From contig OY969934.1 in NCBI GenBank assembly GCA_963704725.1, forward strand, positions 3,136,001 through 3,200,000: a stretch of DNA of 64,000 nucleotides. The letters run 5' to 3'. The notes beneath the pieces are model-generated. The model saw nothing but the letters and a program-made list of their open reading frames with translations. It was not told the origin of the DNA and did not search any database. Made by a program: the position numbers and the translations under genes. Source of the DNA: an uncultured Actinomycetes bacterium (GTDB taxonomy: Bacteria > Actinomycetota > UBA4738 > HRBIN12). Below, in pieces: positions 47,541-57,059 of this stretch; position 1 is the first letter of the stretch, and each line of letters opens with the position of its first letter.

Positions 47541-47585
47541 GGGGAGAATCCGAAATCAGGACTCGATGATGGGCGGAGGAGACGG

Positions 47586-48860
47586 ATGATCGGCCCCCGG
47601 CTCAAGCGGCTCCGGGTCGCGCGCGGCCTGACCCAGAAGGAGCTCGGCGAGCCTCGGTACACGCACGCCTACGTCAGCACGATCGAGGCCGGACGCCGTC
47701 ACCCGTCGCGAGAGGCGCTCGAGCACTTCGCCGCGAAGCTGGGCGTCGACGTCGAGGAGCTGTCGACCGGACGAGCCCCCGACCTGGAGGTTCGCCTCCG
47801 AGTCCAGCTCCAGGAGGCGCGCGTCCAGATCTCCGACGGCCGGTTCGACGAGGCCGACGCGGCGCTCCGCCGGGTGGTGCGGGACGCGCGACGCTACACC
47901 TTGCCAAGGCTCGAGGCGAAGGCGGAGGAGGTTCGAGGGCTGTGGCTCCAGCGCAGTGGAGAGCCGGAGGAAGCGCTCGAGCACTATCAGAAAGCGGAGG
48001 AGCTCCTGCGCGAAGAGGCGCCGACGGCTCGCGCCGACGTCGTCGATGGCAAGGCCACGTGCTTCGCGGCGCTCGGCGACGTCCGGTACGCGGTCTTCCT
48101 GCTGGAGAGCCTGCTCGACGAGATCGAGCGCGCCGAGCTGCGGGACCCGGACGCCCTCGTCCGTGTCCACGCCGGCCTTGTGTACTTCTACCTCGATCTC
48201 GGGCTCATGCCGGCCGCCGCTCGCTCGGCCGCCGAGCTCGACCGTCTAGCCCTTCGGGTCGCCGACCCCGCCAGGATCGCGCAGATGCACATGAACGTCG
48301 CGCGCCAGTACCTGGCGGACGGTCGTGTCGAGGACGCGACGGCGTCGCTGCAGCGCGCCGAGGACGCCTATCGCCAGCTGGGGCTCCTCACCGAGATGGG
48401 AGGCGCGCACCTCGCCCGCGGCTACGTCCTGTCAAGGCAGGGCGCGTTCGCCGACGCGCATCGCGAGCTCGAGGAGGCGCGGGACATCTTCGAACGCACG
48501 TCGAACACCAAGGACCTGACGCGGGCGCTGAACGAGCTGGCGCGCGTCGCCCGGCTCGACGATCGCCCCGCCGACGCTCGCATCCTCGTGGAGCGCTCGA
48601 TCGCACTCCTCGGCACCAGCGACGACCCGATCTCGGCGGAGGCGCACCTGGAGCTCGGCACCGTGCTGGCCGCGCTCGGGGAAGCGGACGCCGAGAAACA
48701 TCTCCGGATCGCCGTCGAGCTCTACGAGCGCACGGAGCTGGCGATCGGCCTCGCGGTCGCCTATCGCACGCTGGGCGATCTGTTGCGCGCCCACGGGGAC
48801 GAGGCGGGAGGGTCCGAGGCCTACCGCACGGGCATCCTGGCGATCGAGCCGCTTCTCTAG
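47586..48860 (+). CDS. XRE-HTH plus TPR transcriptional regulator (RRNPP-like architecture)
   Basis: IGPRLKRLRVARGLTQKELG...YVSTIEAGRRHPS, then about 350 aa of TPR-like helices; no NTPase; GGAGGAG RBS. Confidence 0.88.
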   Translation: MIGPRLKRLRVARGLTQKELGEPRYTHAYVSTIEAGRRHPSREALEHFAAKLGVDVEELSTGRAPDLEVRLRVQLQEARVQISDGRFDEADAALRRVVRDARRYTLPRLEAKAEEVRGLWLQRSGEPEEALEHYQKAEELLREEAPTARADVVDGKATCFAALGDVRYAVFLLESLLDEIERAELRDPDALVRVHAGLVYFYLDLGLMPAAARSAAELDRLALRVADPARIAQMHMNVARQYLADGRVEDATASLQRAEDAYRQLGLLTEMGGAHLARGYVLSRQGAFADAHRELEEARDIFERTSNTKDLTRALNELARVARLDDRPADARILVERSIALLGTSDDPISAEAHLELGTVLAALGEADAEKHLRIAVELYERTELAIGLAVAYRTLGDLLRAHGDEAGGSEAYRTGILAIEPLL

Positions 48861-48878
48861 ACGGGACCGTCCCGCGGA

Positions 48879-49109
48879 TCAGACGCGGATGATGGGACAG
48901 GTGAGCGTGCGCGTCACGCCGGGGATGTGCTGGATCTCGTCGATCAACTTGCCCAGCAGCTCCATCGTCTCCGCCTCGGCGCGGACGACCACGTCGTAGG
49001 GACCCGTCACCACCTGCGCGAGCTGCACGCCCGGGATCCGCTGCATCTCGTCCCCGACGCGTCGCCCCACCGTCACGTCCACCTGCACCAGCACGAACGC
49101 CTCGATCAT
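48879..49109 (-). CDS. Stand-alone Lrp/AsnC ligand-binding domain protein
   Basis: EAFVLVQV...VTGPYDVVVRAEA...IPGVTRTLTCP. Confidence 0.88.
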   Translation of the reverse strand: MIEAFVLVQVDVTVGRRVGDEMQRIPGVQLAQVVTGPYDVVVRAEAETMELLGKLIDEIQHIPGVTRTLTCPIIRV

Positions 49110-49227
49110 GCGATCCACCTCCGTCCGACCCTCGGAACCATGCTCCCGGCGCCCCGGGGTTGCCGATAGGGACACTCGGCCCTCGCGTGCCGGTTCCTGC
49201 GGTCCCTGCAGATCGGAGCGCGCGACG

Positions 49228-50214
49228 TCAGTCGGAGACCACGAGCACGGCGGTCCCCCCACGACCGGTCCTCGCCGCGTCGAGCGCCTCGGCGGCCCGC
49301 TCCAGCGGGAACGCCGTGGTCCGCGTGGACAGACCCAGCTCGGCCGCGAGCGGGAGGAACTCGAGGCCGTCGCGCCGGGTGAGGTTGGCCACCGAGCGGA
49401 GCGTGCGCTCGCCCCACAGCAGGTCGTAGGAGAACGACGGGATGTCGGTCATGTGGATCTCGGCACAGACCACGGTCCCGCCGCGCTCGACGGCGGCGAG
49501 CGCGAGGGGGACAAGCTCGCCCACGGCGGCGAACAGGATCGCGGCCTCGAGCGGCTCGGGCGGTGGCTCCGTGGAGTCGCCCGCCCACGCGCAGCCGAGC
49601 TCGAGGGCCTCGGCCTGGGCGGCGCGGTCGCCGGGGCGGGTGAACGCGAACAGCCTCCTCCCCTGGGCCACCGCCACCTGGGACACGAGCCTGGCCGCGT
49701 TCCCGAACCCGTACAGGCCGAGCGCGCCTGCGTCCCCGGCCATCCGGAGCGCCCGGTAGCCGATCAGGCCGGCGCAGAGCAGCGGCGCGACCTCAGCATC
49801 GGTGAACGCCTCCGGCAGGGGAAGGCAGAACCGGGCATCGGCCACCGCGAGCTCGGCGTAGCCGCCGTCCAGCTGGTAGCCGGTGAAGCGCGCGTTCGGG
49901 CAGAGGTTCTCGCGTCCCGTCGCGCAGTACCGGCAGGTCCCGTCGGTCCGGCCGAGCCACGGCACGCCGACGCGATCGCCCTCGTGCAGGTCGGAGACCC
50001 CCTCGCCGAGCCGATCGACCACGCCGACGATCTGATGGCCCAGGATCAGCGGGAGCTTGGGGTCGGGAAGATCCCCGTCGAGCACGTGGAGGTCCGTCCG
50101 GCAGACGGCGCAGGCCCTGACCCGGATCCGGACCCGGCCCCGCTCCGGCTCCGGATCGGCCAGCTCGGCCGCCCGGAGCGGCCGCCCCGGTTCGTCGAGG
50201 ACCATGGCGCGCAC
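49228..50214 (-). CDS. Zinc-dependent alcohol dehydrogenase family protein
   Basis: CRTDLH, GHQIVG, CRYC...C, PLLCAGLIGY, GLYGFG. Confidence 0.92.
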   Translation of the reverse strand: MRAMVLDEPGRPLRAAELADPEPERGRVRIRVRACAVCRTDLHVLDGDLPDPKLPLILGHQIVGVVDRLGEGVSDLHEGDRVGVPWLGRTDGTCRYCATGRENLCPNARFTGYQLDGGYAELAVADARFCLPLPEAFTDAEVAPLLCAGLIGYRALRMAGDAGALGLYGFGNAARLVSQVAVAQGRRLFAFTRPGDRAAQAEALELGCAWAGDSTEPPPEPLEAAILFAAVGELVPLALAAVERGGTVVCAEIHMTDIPSFSYDLLWGERTLRSVANLTRRDGLEFLPLAAELGLSTRTTAFPLERAAEALDAARTGRGGTAVLVVSD

Positions 50215-50230
50215 CCGGCAAGTATGGAGC

Positions 50231-51032
50231 TCAGCGCGGGGCGACGAGCCGCTCGACGAGCGCTCGCTGCGCGTCGTCGAACCACGGAGGCTCACCCGCC
50301 GCCGCGTTCGACCGGGCGTGGGACGGATCGGACGTCGCCGGGATGGCGACATGGACGCGACGGTCCGAGAGCGTCCACTTCAGCAGCGCCTGGGGCCAGG
50401 TCCGGACGCCGAGCTCGCGCATCGCCGCGGGGTCCGGCTCGTCGCCTCGCAGGAGCGCCCCCTCGCCGAACGGCCGCATGGCGATGACGCCGATGCCGAG
50501 CTCCTCGGCGAGGGGCAGGATCTCGCGCTCCGCCCGCCGCTCGAGCGGGTTGTAGGGTACCTGCACGCAGGCCACGCCGTCCAGAGCGCATGACCTCGGC
50601 GAGCTCGTGGAACCGTCGCTCGTCCCAGTGCGTCGCTCCCACCAGGCCGACGGCGGCGTCCCCGCCGAGCCAGGCGAGGTGCTCGCGCCACGCCACCAGG
50701 TTGTGCACCTGCTCGATCTCGACCCGGCCGTCGAACACGGCGAGCTGGGAGGCGAGCTGAACCCGTCCCTCGGCCGCCGAGCGGGTCCAGATCTTCGTCG
50801 CCACGATCGCCGACCCCCGCAGCCCGGACGCGGCGAGGGCGCGGCCGAGCACGGACTCGGCCCGGCCGTACATCGGCGAGGTGTCGACCAGCCGGACCCC
50901 GGCCGCGAACGCGGCCTCGACGACCTCGCGCGGGCCCGACTCTCCGGACGCGGGGACGTCGAACACGCTCCACGTTCCGAGCCCGATGACCGGGACCCGC
51001 AGATCGGATCGGCCGAGGCGGCGGAGCTCCAC
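50231..51032 (-). pseudogene. Aldo/keto reductase split by a frameshift (or a sequencing indel)
   Basis: N-half (GLGTW, DTSPMYG, ATKIW, HNL) and C-half (VQVPYN, MRPFG, IPAT) are in different frames; removing one base near 50578 restores GRVACVQ. Confidence 0.75.
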
Positions 51033-51041
51033 GAGCTTCGG

Positions 51042-51908
51042 TCAGTCGCCCTCGGTGGTGCCGTGGTCGCGCAGGTACCGCTCCAGCTCGGCGGCGAGGT
51101 CCTCGCCGGAGGGTGCGTCGGTCGGCTCGACCCCCGGCCCCGCCTCGGAGGCCTCCTCGAGGCGATGCACGTAGTCCGCGAGGTTGCCGTCCTCGTCGAT
51201 CGCCTCGCTCACCTCGCCCTCCCACGCCCGGGCGGCGTGCTCGACTTGCCGCGTGTCGACCTCCAGGCCGAGGAGGTCGCGCAGCCGCTCCAACAACGCC
51301 AGCGTGACCTTCGGGTTGGAGGTCTGCGGGAGGTAGTGGGGCGAGGCGGCCCACAGCGACACCGCGGGGACGCCCGCCTTGCCCGCCAGGTCGTTCAGCA
51401 CGCCCACGATCCCGGTGGGCCCCTCGTACCGGGCCGGCACGATGTCGGCGCGATCGGCCCACGACGGGTCCGCCGAGGCCGCGCTCACCGGCGCCGGCAC
51501 CGTGTGGGGCACGTCGGCGAGGAACGCCCCCAGCGTCACCACCACGGAGGCGCGGACGTCCGAGCACACCGCGAGGATCTGCTCGCAGTAGGTCCGCCAC
51601 CGGACGTTGGGCTCCACGCCGAGGAACACCACGACGTCCCTGCTGCCGGCGCGGGCCCACCAGAAGTCGTTCGACGGCCAGTCGACCCTCCGCGTCTGTC
51701 CGTCGAGCAGGCGGACGGTCGGCCGGTGCACCTGGAAGTCGTAGAACTCCTCCGGGTCTATCGAAGCGAACCGCCGCGCCCCCCACTGGTCGCGGAGCTC
51801 CCGCGCGGCGCCGGTCGCCCCCTCGCCGCCGTCGTTCCACCCGCCGAACGCGCACACTACGACCGGCTCGACGAGCTCGGGACGCGCGCGGTACTCGACG
51901 TAGCTCAC
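51042..51908 (-). CDS. PAC2 family proteasome assembly chaperone-like protein
   Basis: [43 protein letters not shown]. Confidence 0.92.
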   Translation of the reverse strand: MSYVEYRARPELVEPVVVCAFGGWNDGGEGATGAARELRDQWGARRFASIDPEEFYDFQVHRPTVRLLDGQTRRVDWPSNDFWWARAGSRDVVVFLGVEPNVRWRTYCEQILAVCSDVRASVVVTLGAFLADVPHTVPAPVSAASADPSWADRADIVPARYEGPTGIVGVLNDLAGKAGVPAVSLWAASPHYLPQTSNPKVTLALLERLRDLLGLEVDTRQVEHAARAWEGEVSEAIDEDGNLADYVHRLEEASEAGPGVEPTDAPSGEDLAAELERYLRDHGTTEGD

Positions 51909-51939
51909 CGGACCAGTCTCCGGCGAGTCGCGCCGGCTG

Positions 51940-52221
51940 TCACTCGGCCGGAGGGCCCTCGCCCGGGCCGTCGCCCTCGGTCAGCCACGTCCACCGCCGC
52001 ATGATCGGACAGGTGAGCGTCCGCGTGATCCCCTCGATCTCCGACATCGGCCGCAGGACGCGCTTGCCGAGCTCGTCGATGCTGTCGGCCTCCGCCCGGA
52101 CGACGATGTCGTGCGGGCCCGTGACCACGTGCACCGAGGTCACGCCGGGGAGGTCGGCCACCCGACGGGCGACGCGTGCATCGGTCCCCACGTGGACCTG
52201 GAGGAAGATGTAGGCGTCCAT
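51940..52221 (-). CDS. Stand-alone Lrp/AsnC ligand-binding domain protein
   Basis: DAYIFLQV...VTGPHDIVVRAEA...IEGITRTLTCP. Confidence 0.88.
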   Translation of the reverse strand: MDAYIFLQVHVGTDARVARRVADLPGVTSVHVVTGPHDIVVRAEADSIDELGKRVLRPMSEIEGITRTLTCPIMRRWTWLTEGDGPGEGPPAE

Positions 52222-52392
52222 CACGCTACCGTACCGCCCCGGTCAAGCCCCGGCGCCTGCGAGAACGCGCTCGCCGCGGGAGCTCTGCAACCCGCAGCCG
52301 CGGGCCTCGTTCGTAGAGATGTGGTTGTGCATCGAGGCGCCGGCCGTGACGATACGGGAACGCCGGCGATCCGAGGTCGGGCAGGAGGTGTC

Positions 52393-54147
52393 GTGAGGTT
52401 CCGAACGATCGTCCGGGTCCTGCTGGTCGCGGTGGCGCTCCTGCTGCCCCTGCTGGCCGTTCCGACGGCGATCGCGGTCACGGCGTCCGTGCAGCTCACG
52501 GCGTCCGCCGGCACGATGACGTACGGCGACGCGGTAACCCTTTTCGGCACGGCGAGCGGCGACCCCGGGTGCGTGGCCGGGCGAGCCGTCGAGCTGCAAT
52601 GGCACGCCCTCGACGGGTCCGACTTCGCCACGGTGGCCGAGGCGACGACGGCCGGTGACGGCTCGTTCGGCTTCGAGCAGTCGCCGTCGTTCACCGGTCG
52701 CTTCCGAGCGCTCCTGCCCGACGCCGGGAGCTGCCTGTCGGCCACGTCGGACGAGTCGCCCGTCCAGGTCAAGGTCCTGCTCGAGTCCTCGGGTCCGCCC
52801 GGGCCGACCGAGGCCGGCTCCTGTGGCGAGCTCGCGGTCCTCGTCTCGCCGCCCAAGCCGGGTCAGTCGGTCGACGTCCAGCGCCGCTCCGAAGGTGCGT
52901 GGACGACCGCGGAGACCGTGATCCTGAACGGCGACGGCCGGGGCCGGGCCGAGCCGTGCCTGGGCTGGGACGACCTCGGGACGGCCAGGTTCCGGTTCCG
53001 GTGGACGGCGCAGGACGCGCTGAACGAGTCTGCCTCAGGCCCCGCCCTGGTCCTGCAGGTCACGAGGGCAGGCTGGATGACGGCCATCGACGACGCCATC
53101 GGCGGCCGTGCCGTCTCGGTCTCGGTGGCCGATGAGGACACGACGATGTACCGGCACGCCGACGCCACCCCCCGCGCACCGGCCTCCAACGAGAAGCTCC
53201 TGCTGGCGATGGCCTCGCTCGACGCGCTCGGCCCGGATCACCGCATCCAGACGCGTGCCGCGGCCAGGACGTTCGCCGGCGGCGTGGTCCACGGTGACCT
53301 CTGGCTCCTCGGCCGGGGCGATCCGCTCGTCGGGCGGTCCACGCTCGCGGCGCTGGCCGACCGGCTGGCCGAGGCCGGGCTGCGGCGCGTGTCGGGGAGC
53401 GTGATGGGCAGCACCGGATTCTTCCGGCGCGACTGGGGGGCACCGGGCTGGAACGACGTAGCGCGCGACTACGTGAACCGGCCGACGTCGCTCACGTTCG
53501 AGGGCAACGCGGCGCCCGACCCCGAACGTGAGGCCGCGGAGGCGCTGACGACGCAGCTCGTTCGTCGCGGCATCCGCGTGACGGGCCGTCCCGGGGCGGG
53601 AACGCCGCCCGGCGGGCTGGGCGATCTCGCTTCGATCGATTCGAAGGAGCTCCGCATCATCCTGGCCAAGGTCCTGCGGCCCTCGTGGAACTTCGGCGCG
53701 GAGGTGCTGGGGAAGGGGCTCGGCGCCCAGGTGCGAGGCGGCCCGGGCACGATCGCGAAGGGGGCGGCGACCATCGAGGCCTGGGCCGAGGAGCGGGGCG
53801 TCGACTTCACGCTCTTCGACAACTCGGGGCTGTCGTACGACGACCGCGTCACGGCCGCCGGCATCGTGGAGCTCCTCGGGCAGGCCGAGGACGAGCCCTG
53901 GGGGGAGGCGCTCCGGCGGGCGCTCCCGACCGGCGGGCAGGGCACGCTGGTGCATCGGCTGCACGACGTCCAGGTCCGGGCGAAGACCGGAACGCTGACG
54001 GACGTCTCCGCGCTGTCGGGGTGGGTGTTCTCGCAGCATCGGAACGCCTGGATCGAGTTCTCGATCCTGTCGGCCGGCATGACGAAGCCCGTGGCCTCCG
54101 ACATCGAGGACCGCATCGTGCGCCTCCTGCAGAACGAGGCGGGCTGA
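52393..54147 (+). CDS. Peptidase S13 D-Ala-D-Ala carboxypeptidase/endopeptidase with N-terminal Ig-like modules
   Basis: Signal peptide; PASNEK (SxxK), SWN, AKTGT; AGGAGG RBS. Confidence 0.88.
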   Translation: MRFRTIVRVLLVAVALLLPLLAVPTAIAVTASVQLTASAGTMTYGDAVTLFGTASGDPGCVAGRAVELQWHALDGSDFATVAEATTAGDGSFGFEQSPSFTGRFRALLPDAGSCLSATSDESPVQVKVLLESSGPPGPTEAGSCGELAVLVSPPKPGQSVDVQRRSEGAWTTAETVILNGDGRGRAEPCLGWDDLGTARFRFRWTAQDALNESASGPALVLQVTRAGWMTAIDDAIGGRAVSVSVADEDTTMYRHADATPRAPASNEKLLLAMASLDALGPDHRIQTRAAARTFAGGVVHGDLWLLGRGDPLVGRSTLAALADRLAEAGLRRVSGSVMGSTGFFRRDWGAPGWNDVARDYVNRPTSLTFEGNAAPDPEREAAEALTTQLVRRGIRVTGRPGAGTPPGGLGDLASIDSKELRIILAKVLRPSWNFGAEVLGKGLGAQVRGGPGTIAKGAATIEAWAEERGVDFTLFDNSGLSYDDRVTAAGIVELLGQAEDEPWGEALRRALPTGGQGTLVHRLHDVQVRAKTGTLTDVSALSGWVFSQHRNAWIEFSILSAGMTKPVASDIEDRIVRLLQNEAG

Positions 54148-54190
54148 CCGCACCCTTCCGCATCTTCCCCCCGACCTCTCGGACCTCCGG

Positions 54191-54904
54191 CTAGCGGCCG
54201 AGGCCGCGCTCGATCTCGCGCGCCGCGGCGACGACCAGTGCGGCGTGGCGCCGCGCGTCGGCTCGACCGACCCGGCTCGCCGGCCCCGAGATCGAGACGA
54301 CGGCGATCAGGATGTCGTACGGCCCGCGGACCGGGGCGCTCACGGAGCCGACCCCCGGCTGGCGTTCGTCGGTGCTCGACGCCCACCCCCGCGACCCGGC
54401 CAGCTCGACGTCGCGCGCGAATCGCTCCCGGTCGCCGGCCATACGCACGTGCCGGTCGCGATCGGGCGCCTCGACCAGGAAGACCTTGGCCGCCGATCCC
54501 GCGTACAGGGGCAGCGACGCGCCGACCGGCACGATCGTCCGCAGCTCCTGCGAAGACTCCACCGCGTCGATGCACACCCGCACGTCGCCGGACCGCACGT
54601 AGAGCTGGGCGCTCTCCCCGCTCTCGCGGGCGAGGCGATCGAGCACCGGATGGGCCACGTCGCGCAGGGGGAGCTCGCGCATCGCGTCGTTGGCCAGCCG
54701 GAGCAGTCGCGGCCCCAGCCGGTAGCCGAACCCCGGGAGATGCGCCAGGAGTCCGTGCCCCTCCAGAGCCCGGATCAGCCGATGGGCGGAGCCGCGCGGC
54801 AGGCCGGTGGCCCGCATGATCTCGGTGAAGCGGTGCGACCCGGCCTCGACGGCGTCGAGCACGAGCACGGCGCGGTCGAGGATCCCGGTGGGTGGTGTGT
54901 CCAT
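54191..54904 (-). CDS. IclR family regulator (NdgR/LtbR-like), divergent from leuCD
   Basis: [13 protein letters not shown]; [21 protein letters not shown]; typical actinobacterial position. Confidence 0.9.
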   Translation of the reverse strand: MDTPPTGILDRAVLVLDAVEAGSHRFTEIMRATGLPRGSAHRLIRALEGHGLLAHLPGFGYRLGPRLLRLANDAMRELPLRDVAHPVLDRLARESGESAQLYVRSGDVRVCIDAVESSQELRTIVPVGASLPLYAGSAAKVFLVEAPDRDRHVRMAGDRERFARDVELAGSRGWASSTDERQPGVGSVSAPVRGPYDILIAVVSISGPASRVGRADARRHAALVVAAAREIERGLGR

Positions 54905-54988
54905 GGTTGTTCCGCACGATGGTAGTGCAAGTTCCGATAGATGGAACCGATGTGGACGACGGAGACTGCGTCGGGCAGGATTGCCGCC

Positions 54989-56368
54989 ATGCCGCCGGTC
55001 CCCCGAACGCTCGCCGAGAAGGTCTGGGAACGACACCTCGTCCACCGGGCAGGCGGCGAGCCCGACCTGCTGTACGTCGACCTCCACCTGGTCCACGAGG
55101 TGACGAGCCCGCAGGCGTTCGACGGCCTGAGGCTGGCCGGCCGGCCGGTCCGCCGTCCCGACCTGACCGTGGCGACGATGGACCACAACGTGCCGACGGG
55201 ACCCGGGCCGCTCGAGCCGGTGAGCGTGCGGCAGATGGAAGCGCTCGCCCGCAACTGCGAGGAGTTCGGCATCACGCTGTTCCCGACCGGCGACCTCGGG
55301 CAGGGCATCGTGCACGTGATCGGCCCGCAGATGGGGCTGACGCAGCCGGGTCTCGTGATCGTCTGCGGCGACTCCCACACCTCGACCCACGGCGCGTTCG
55401 GGGCGCTCGCGTTCGGCATCGGCACGAGCGAGGTCGAGCACGTCCTGGCCACCCAGACCCTGCCGCAGCGTCCCCCGGGGACCATGGCGATCACGGTCGA
55501 GGGCGAGCTCCCCAGTGGCGTGACCGCGAAGGACGTGATCCTGGGGATCATCGCCCGGATCGGCACCGGCGGAGGCGTGGGGCACGTGATCGAGTACCGG
55601 GGCGCCGCGATCCGATCGCTGTCGATGGAGGGGCGGATGACGGTGTGCAACATGTCGATCGAGGCCGGCGCGCGCGCCGGGATGATCGCCCCCGACGACA
55701 CGACGTTCGCGTGGCTCGAAGGCCGGCCGTACGCCCCCCCGGGCGCGGAGTGGGAGTCTGCGCTCGAGGACTGGCGCTCGCTCCCCACCGACGAGGGCGC
55801 AGAGTTCGACGCCGAGGTCCGCATCGACGCCGCCGCCCTGCGGCCCCACGTCTCCTGGGGCACGAACCCGGGCCAAACGGTCACGATCGACGACGTCGTC
55901 CCCGAGCCCGCCGACGACGCAGCCGAGCGCGCGCTCGCGTACATGGGACTCCGGCCGGGGACGCCGATCCGCGAGATCCGCCCCGACACGATCTTCATCG
56001 GCTCGTGCACGAACTCGCGGATCACCGACCTCCGCGAGGCCGCCGCGATCCTGGAGGGCCGCACGATCGCCGCGGGCCTGCGTGCCATGGTCGTTCCCGG
56101 CTCCATGCTCGTGAAGCGGCAGGCCGAGGAGGAGGGACTCGACCGCGTCTTCCGGGCCGCCGGGTTCGAGTGGCGCGACGCCGGCTGCTCGATGTGCCTG
56201 GGCATGAACCCCGACCAGCTCGGGCCGGGCGAGCGGAGCGCGAGCACGTCGAACCGGAACTTCGAGGGGCGGCAGGGCCGGGGCGGACGCACGCACCTCG
56301 TCAGCCCGATCGTGGCGGCCGCCACGGCCGTGGCCGGCCACTTCGCCGCACCGGAGGACCTGCCGTGA
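54989..56368 (+). CDS. leuC: 3-isopropylmalate dehydratase large subunit
   Basis: [41 protein letters not shown]. Confidence 0.97.
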   Translation: MPPVPRTLAEKVWERHLVHRAGGEPDLLYVDLHLVHEVTSPQAFDGLRLAGRPVRRPDLTVATMDHNVPTGPGPLEPVSVRQMEALARNCEEFGITLFPTGDLGQGIVHVIGPQMGLTQPGLVIVCGDSHTSTHGAFGALAFGIGTSEVEHVLATQTLPQRPPGTMAITVEGELPSGVTAKDVILGIIARIGTGGGVGHVIEYRGAAIRSLSMEGRMTVCNMSIEAGARAGMIAPDDTTFAWLEGRPYAPPGAEWESALEDWRSLPTDEGAEFDAEVRIDAAALRPHVSWGTNPGQTVTIDDVVPEPADDAAERALAYMGLRPGTPIREIRPDTIFIGSCTNSRITDLREAAAILEGRTIAAGLRAMVVPGSMLVKRQAEEEGLDRVFRAAGFEWRDAGCSMCLGMNPDQLGPGERSASTSNRNFEGRQGRGGRTHLVSPIVAAATAVAGHFAAPEDLP

Positions 56369-56958
56369 GGGCGTTCACCGTGCACACCGGGCGCGCCGTG
56401 CCACTGGATCGAGCCGACGTCGACACCGATCAGATCATCCCGGCCGAGTACCTCAAGCGGGTGGAGCGGTCGGGATTCGGGCCCTTCCTGTTCGACGCCT
56501 GGCGCAAGGACCCGGCCTTCGTCCTCAACCGGCCGGAGCACCAGGGGGCCACGATCCTGGTCGCGGGGCCCAACTTCGGCAGCGGCTCGAGCCGCGAGCA
56601 CGCGGTCTGGGCGCTCGAGGACCACGGCTTCCGGGCGATCCTCGCGCCCTCGTTCGCCGACATCTTCCGGAACAACTGCACGAAGGTGGGGCTGCTCCCG
56701 GTCGAGCTCCCGCTGGGCATCGTGCGCGAGCTCCTCGCCGCGGTGGCCGCCGAGCCGGAGACCGAGATCACCGTCGATCTCCGCAAGAAGGTCGTGACCG
56801 CGCCGGGGATCGAGCAGCCCTTCCCGATCGACGACTTCACCCGGTGGCGCATGCTGGAGGGGCTCGACGACATCGGCCTGACCCTGCGGCACGAGGACGC
56901 CATCGCCACCTACGAACGAGCTCGGCCGGGCCGCCTTCCGTCGATGACGTCTCGGTAG
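56365..56958 (+). CDS. leuD: 3-isopropylmalate dehydratase small subunit
   Basis: [25 protein letters not shown]. Confidence 0.96.
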   Translation: MRAFTVHTGRAVPLDRADVDTDQIIPAEYLKRVERSGFGPFLFDAWRKDPAFVLNRPEHQGATILVAGPNFGSGSSREHAVWALEDHGFRAILAPSFADIFRNNCTKVGLLPVELPLGIVRELLAAVAAEPETEITVDLRKKVVTAPGIEQPFPIDDFTRWRMLEGLDDIGLTLRHEDAIATYERARPGRLPSMTSR

Positions 56959-57059
56959 CCCGACGGCGGGATTCCCACACCTCGGCGCCTGCGTGGAAGA
57001 CCGCAAGTTCCCCCGATCCGGGTACGAAGAATGGCCTACAGCGTTCCGATAGGAACGGT

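Noticed and set aside
49162-49169. GCCGATAG sigma28-like box
   Set aside because: It is on the plus strand with no credible plus-strand gene downstream, which also shows the motif can arise by chance.
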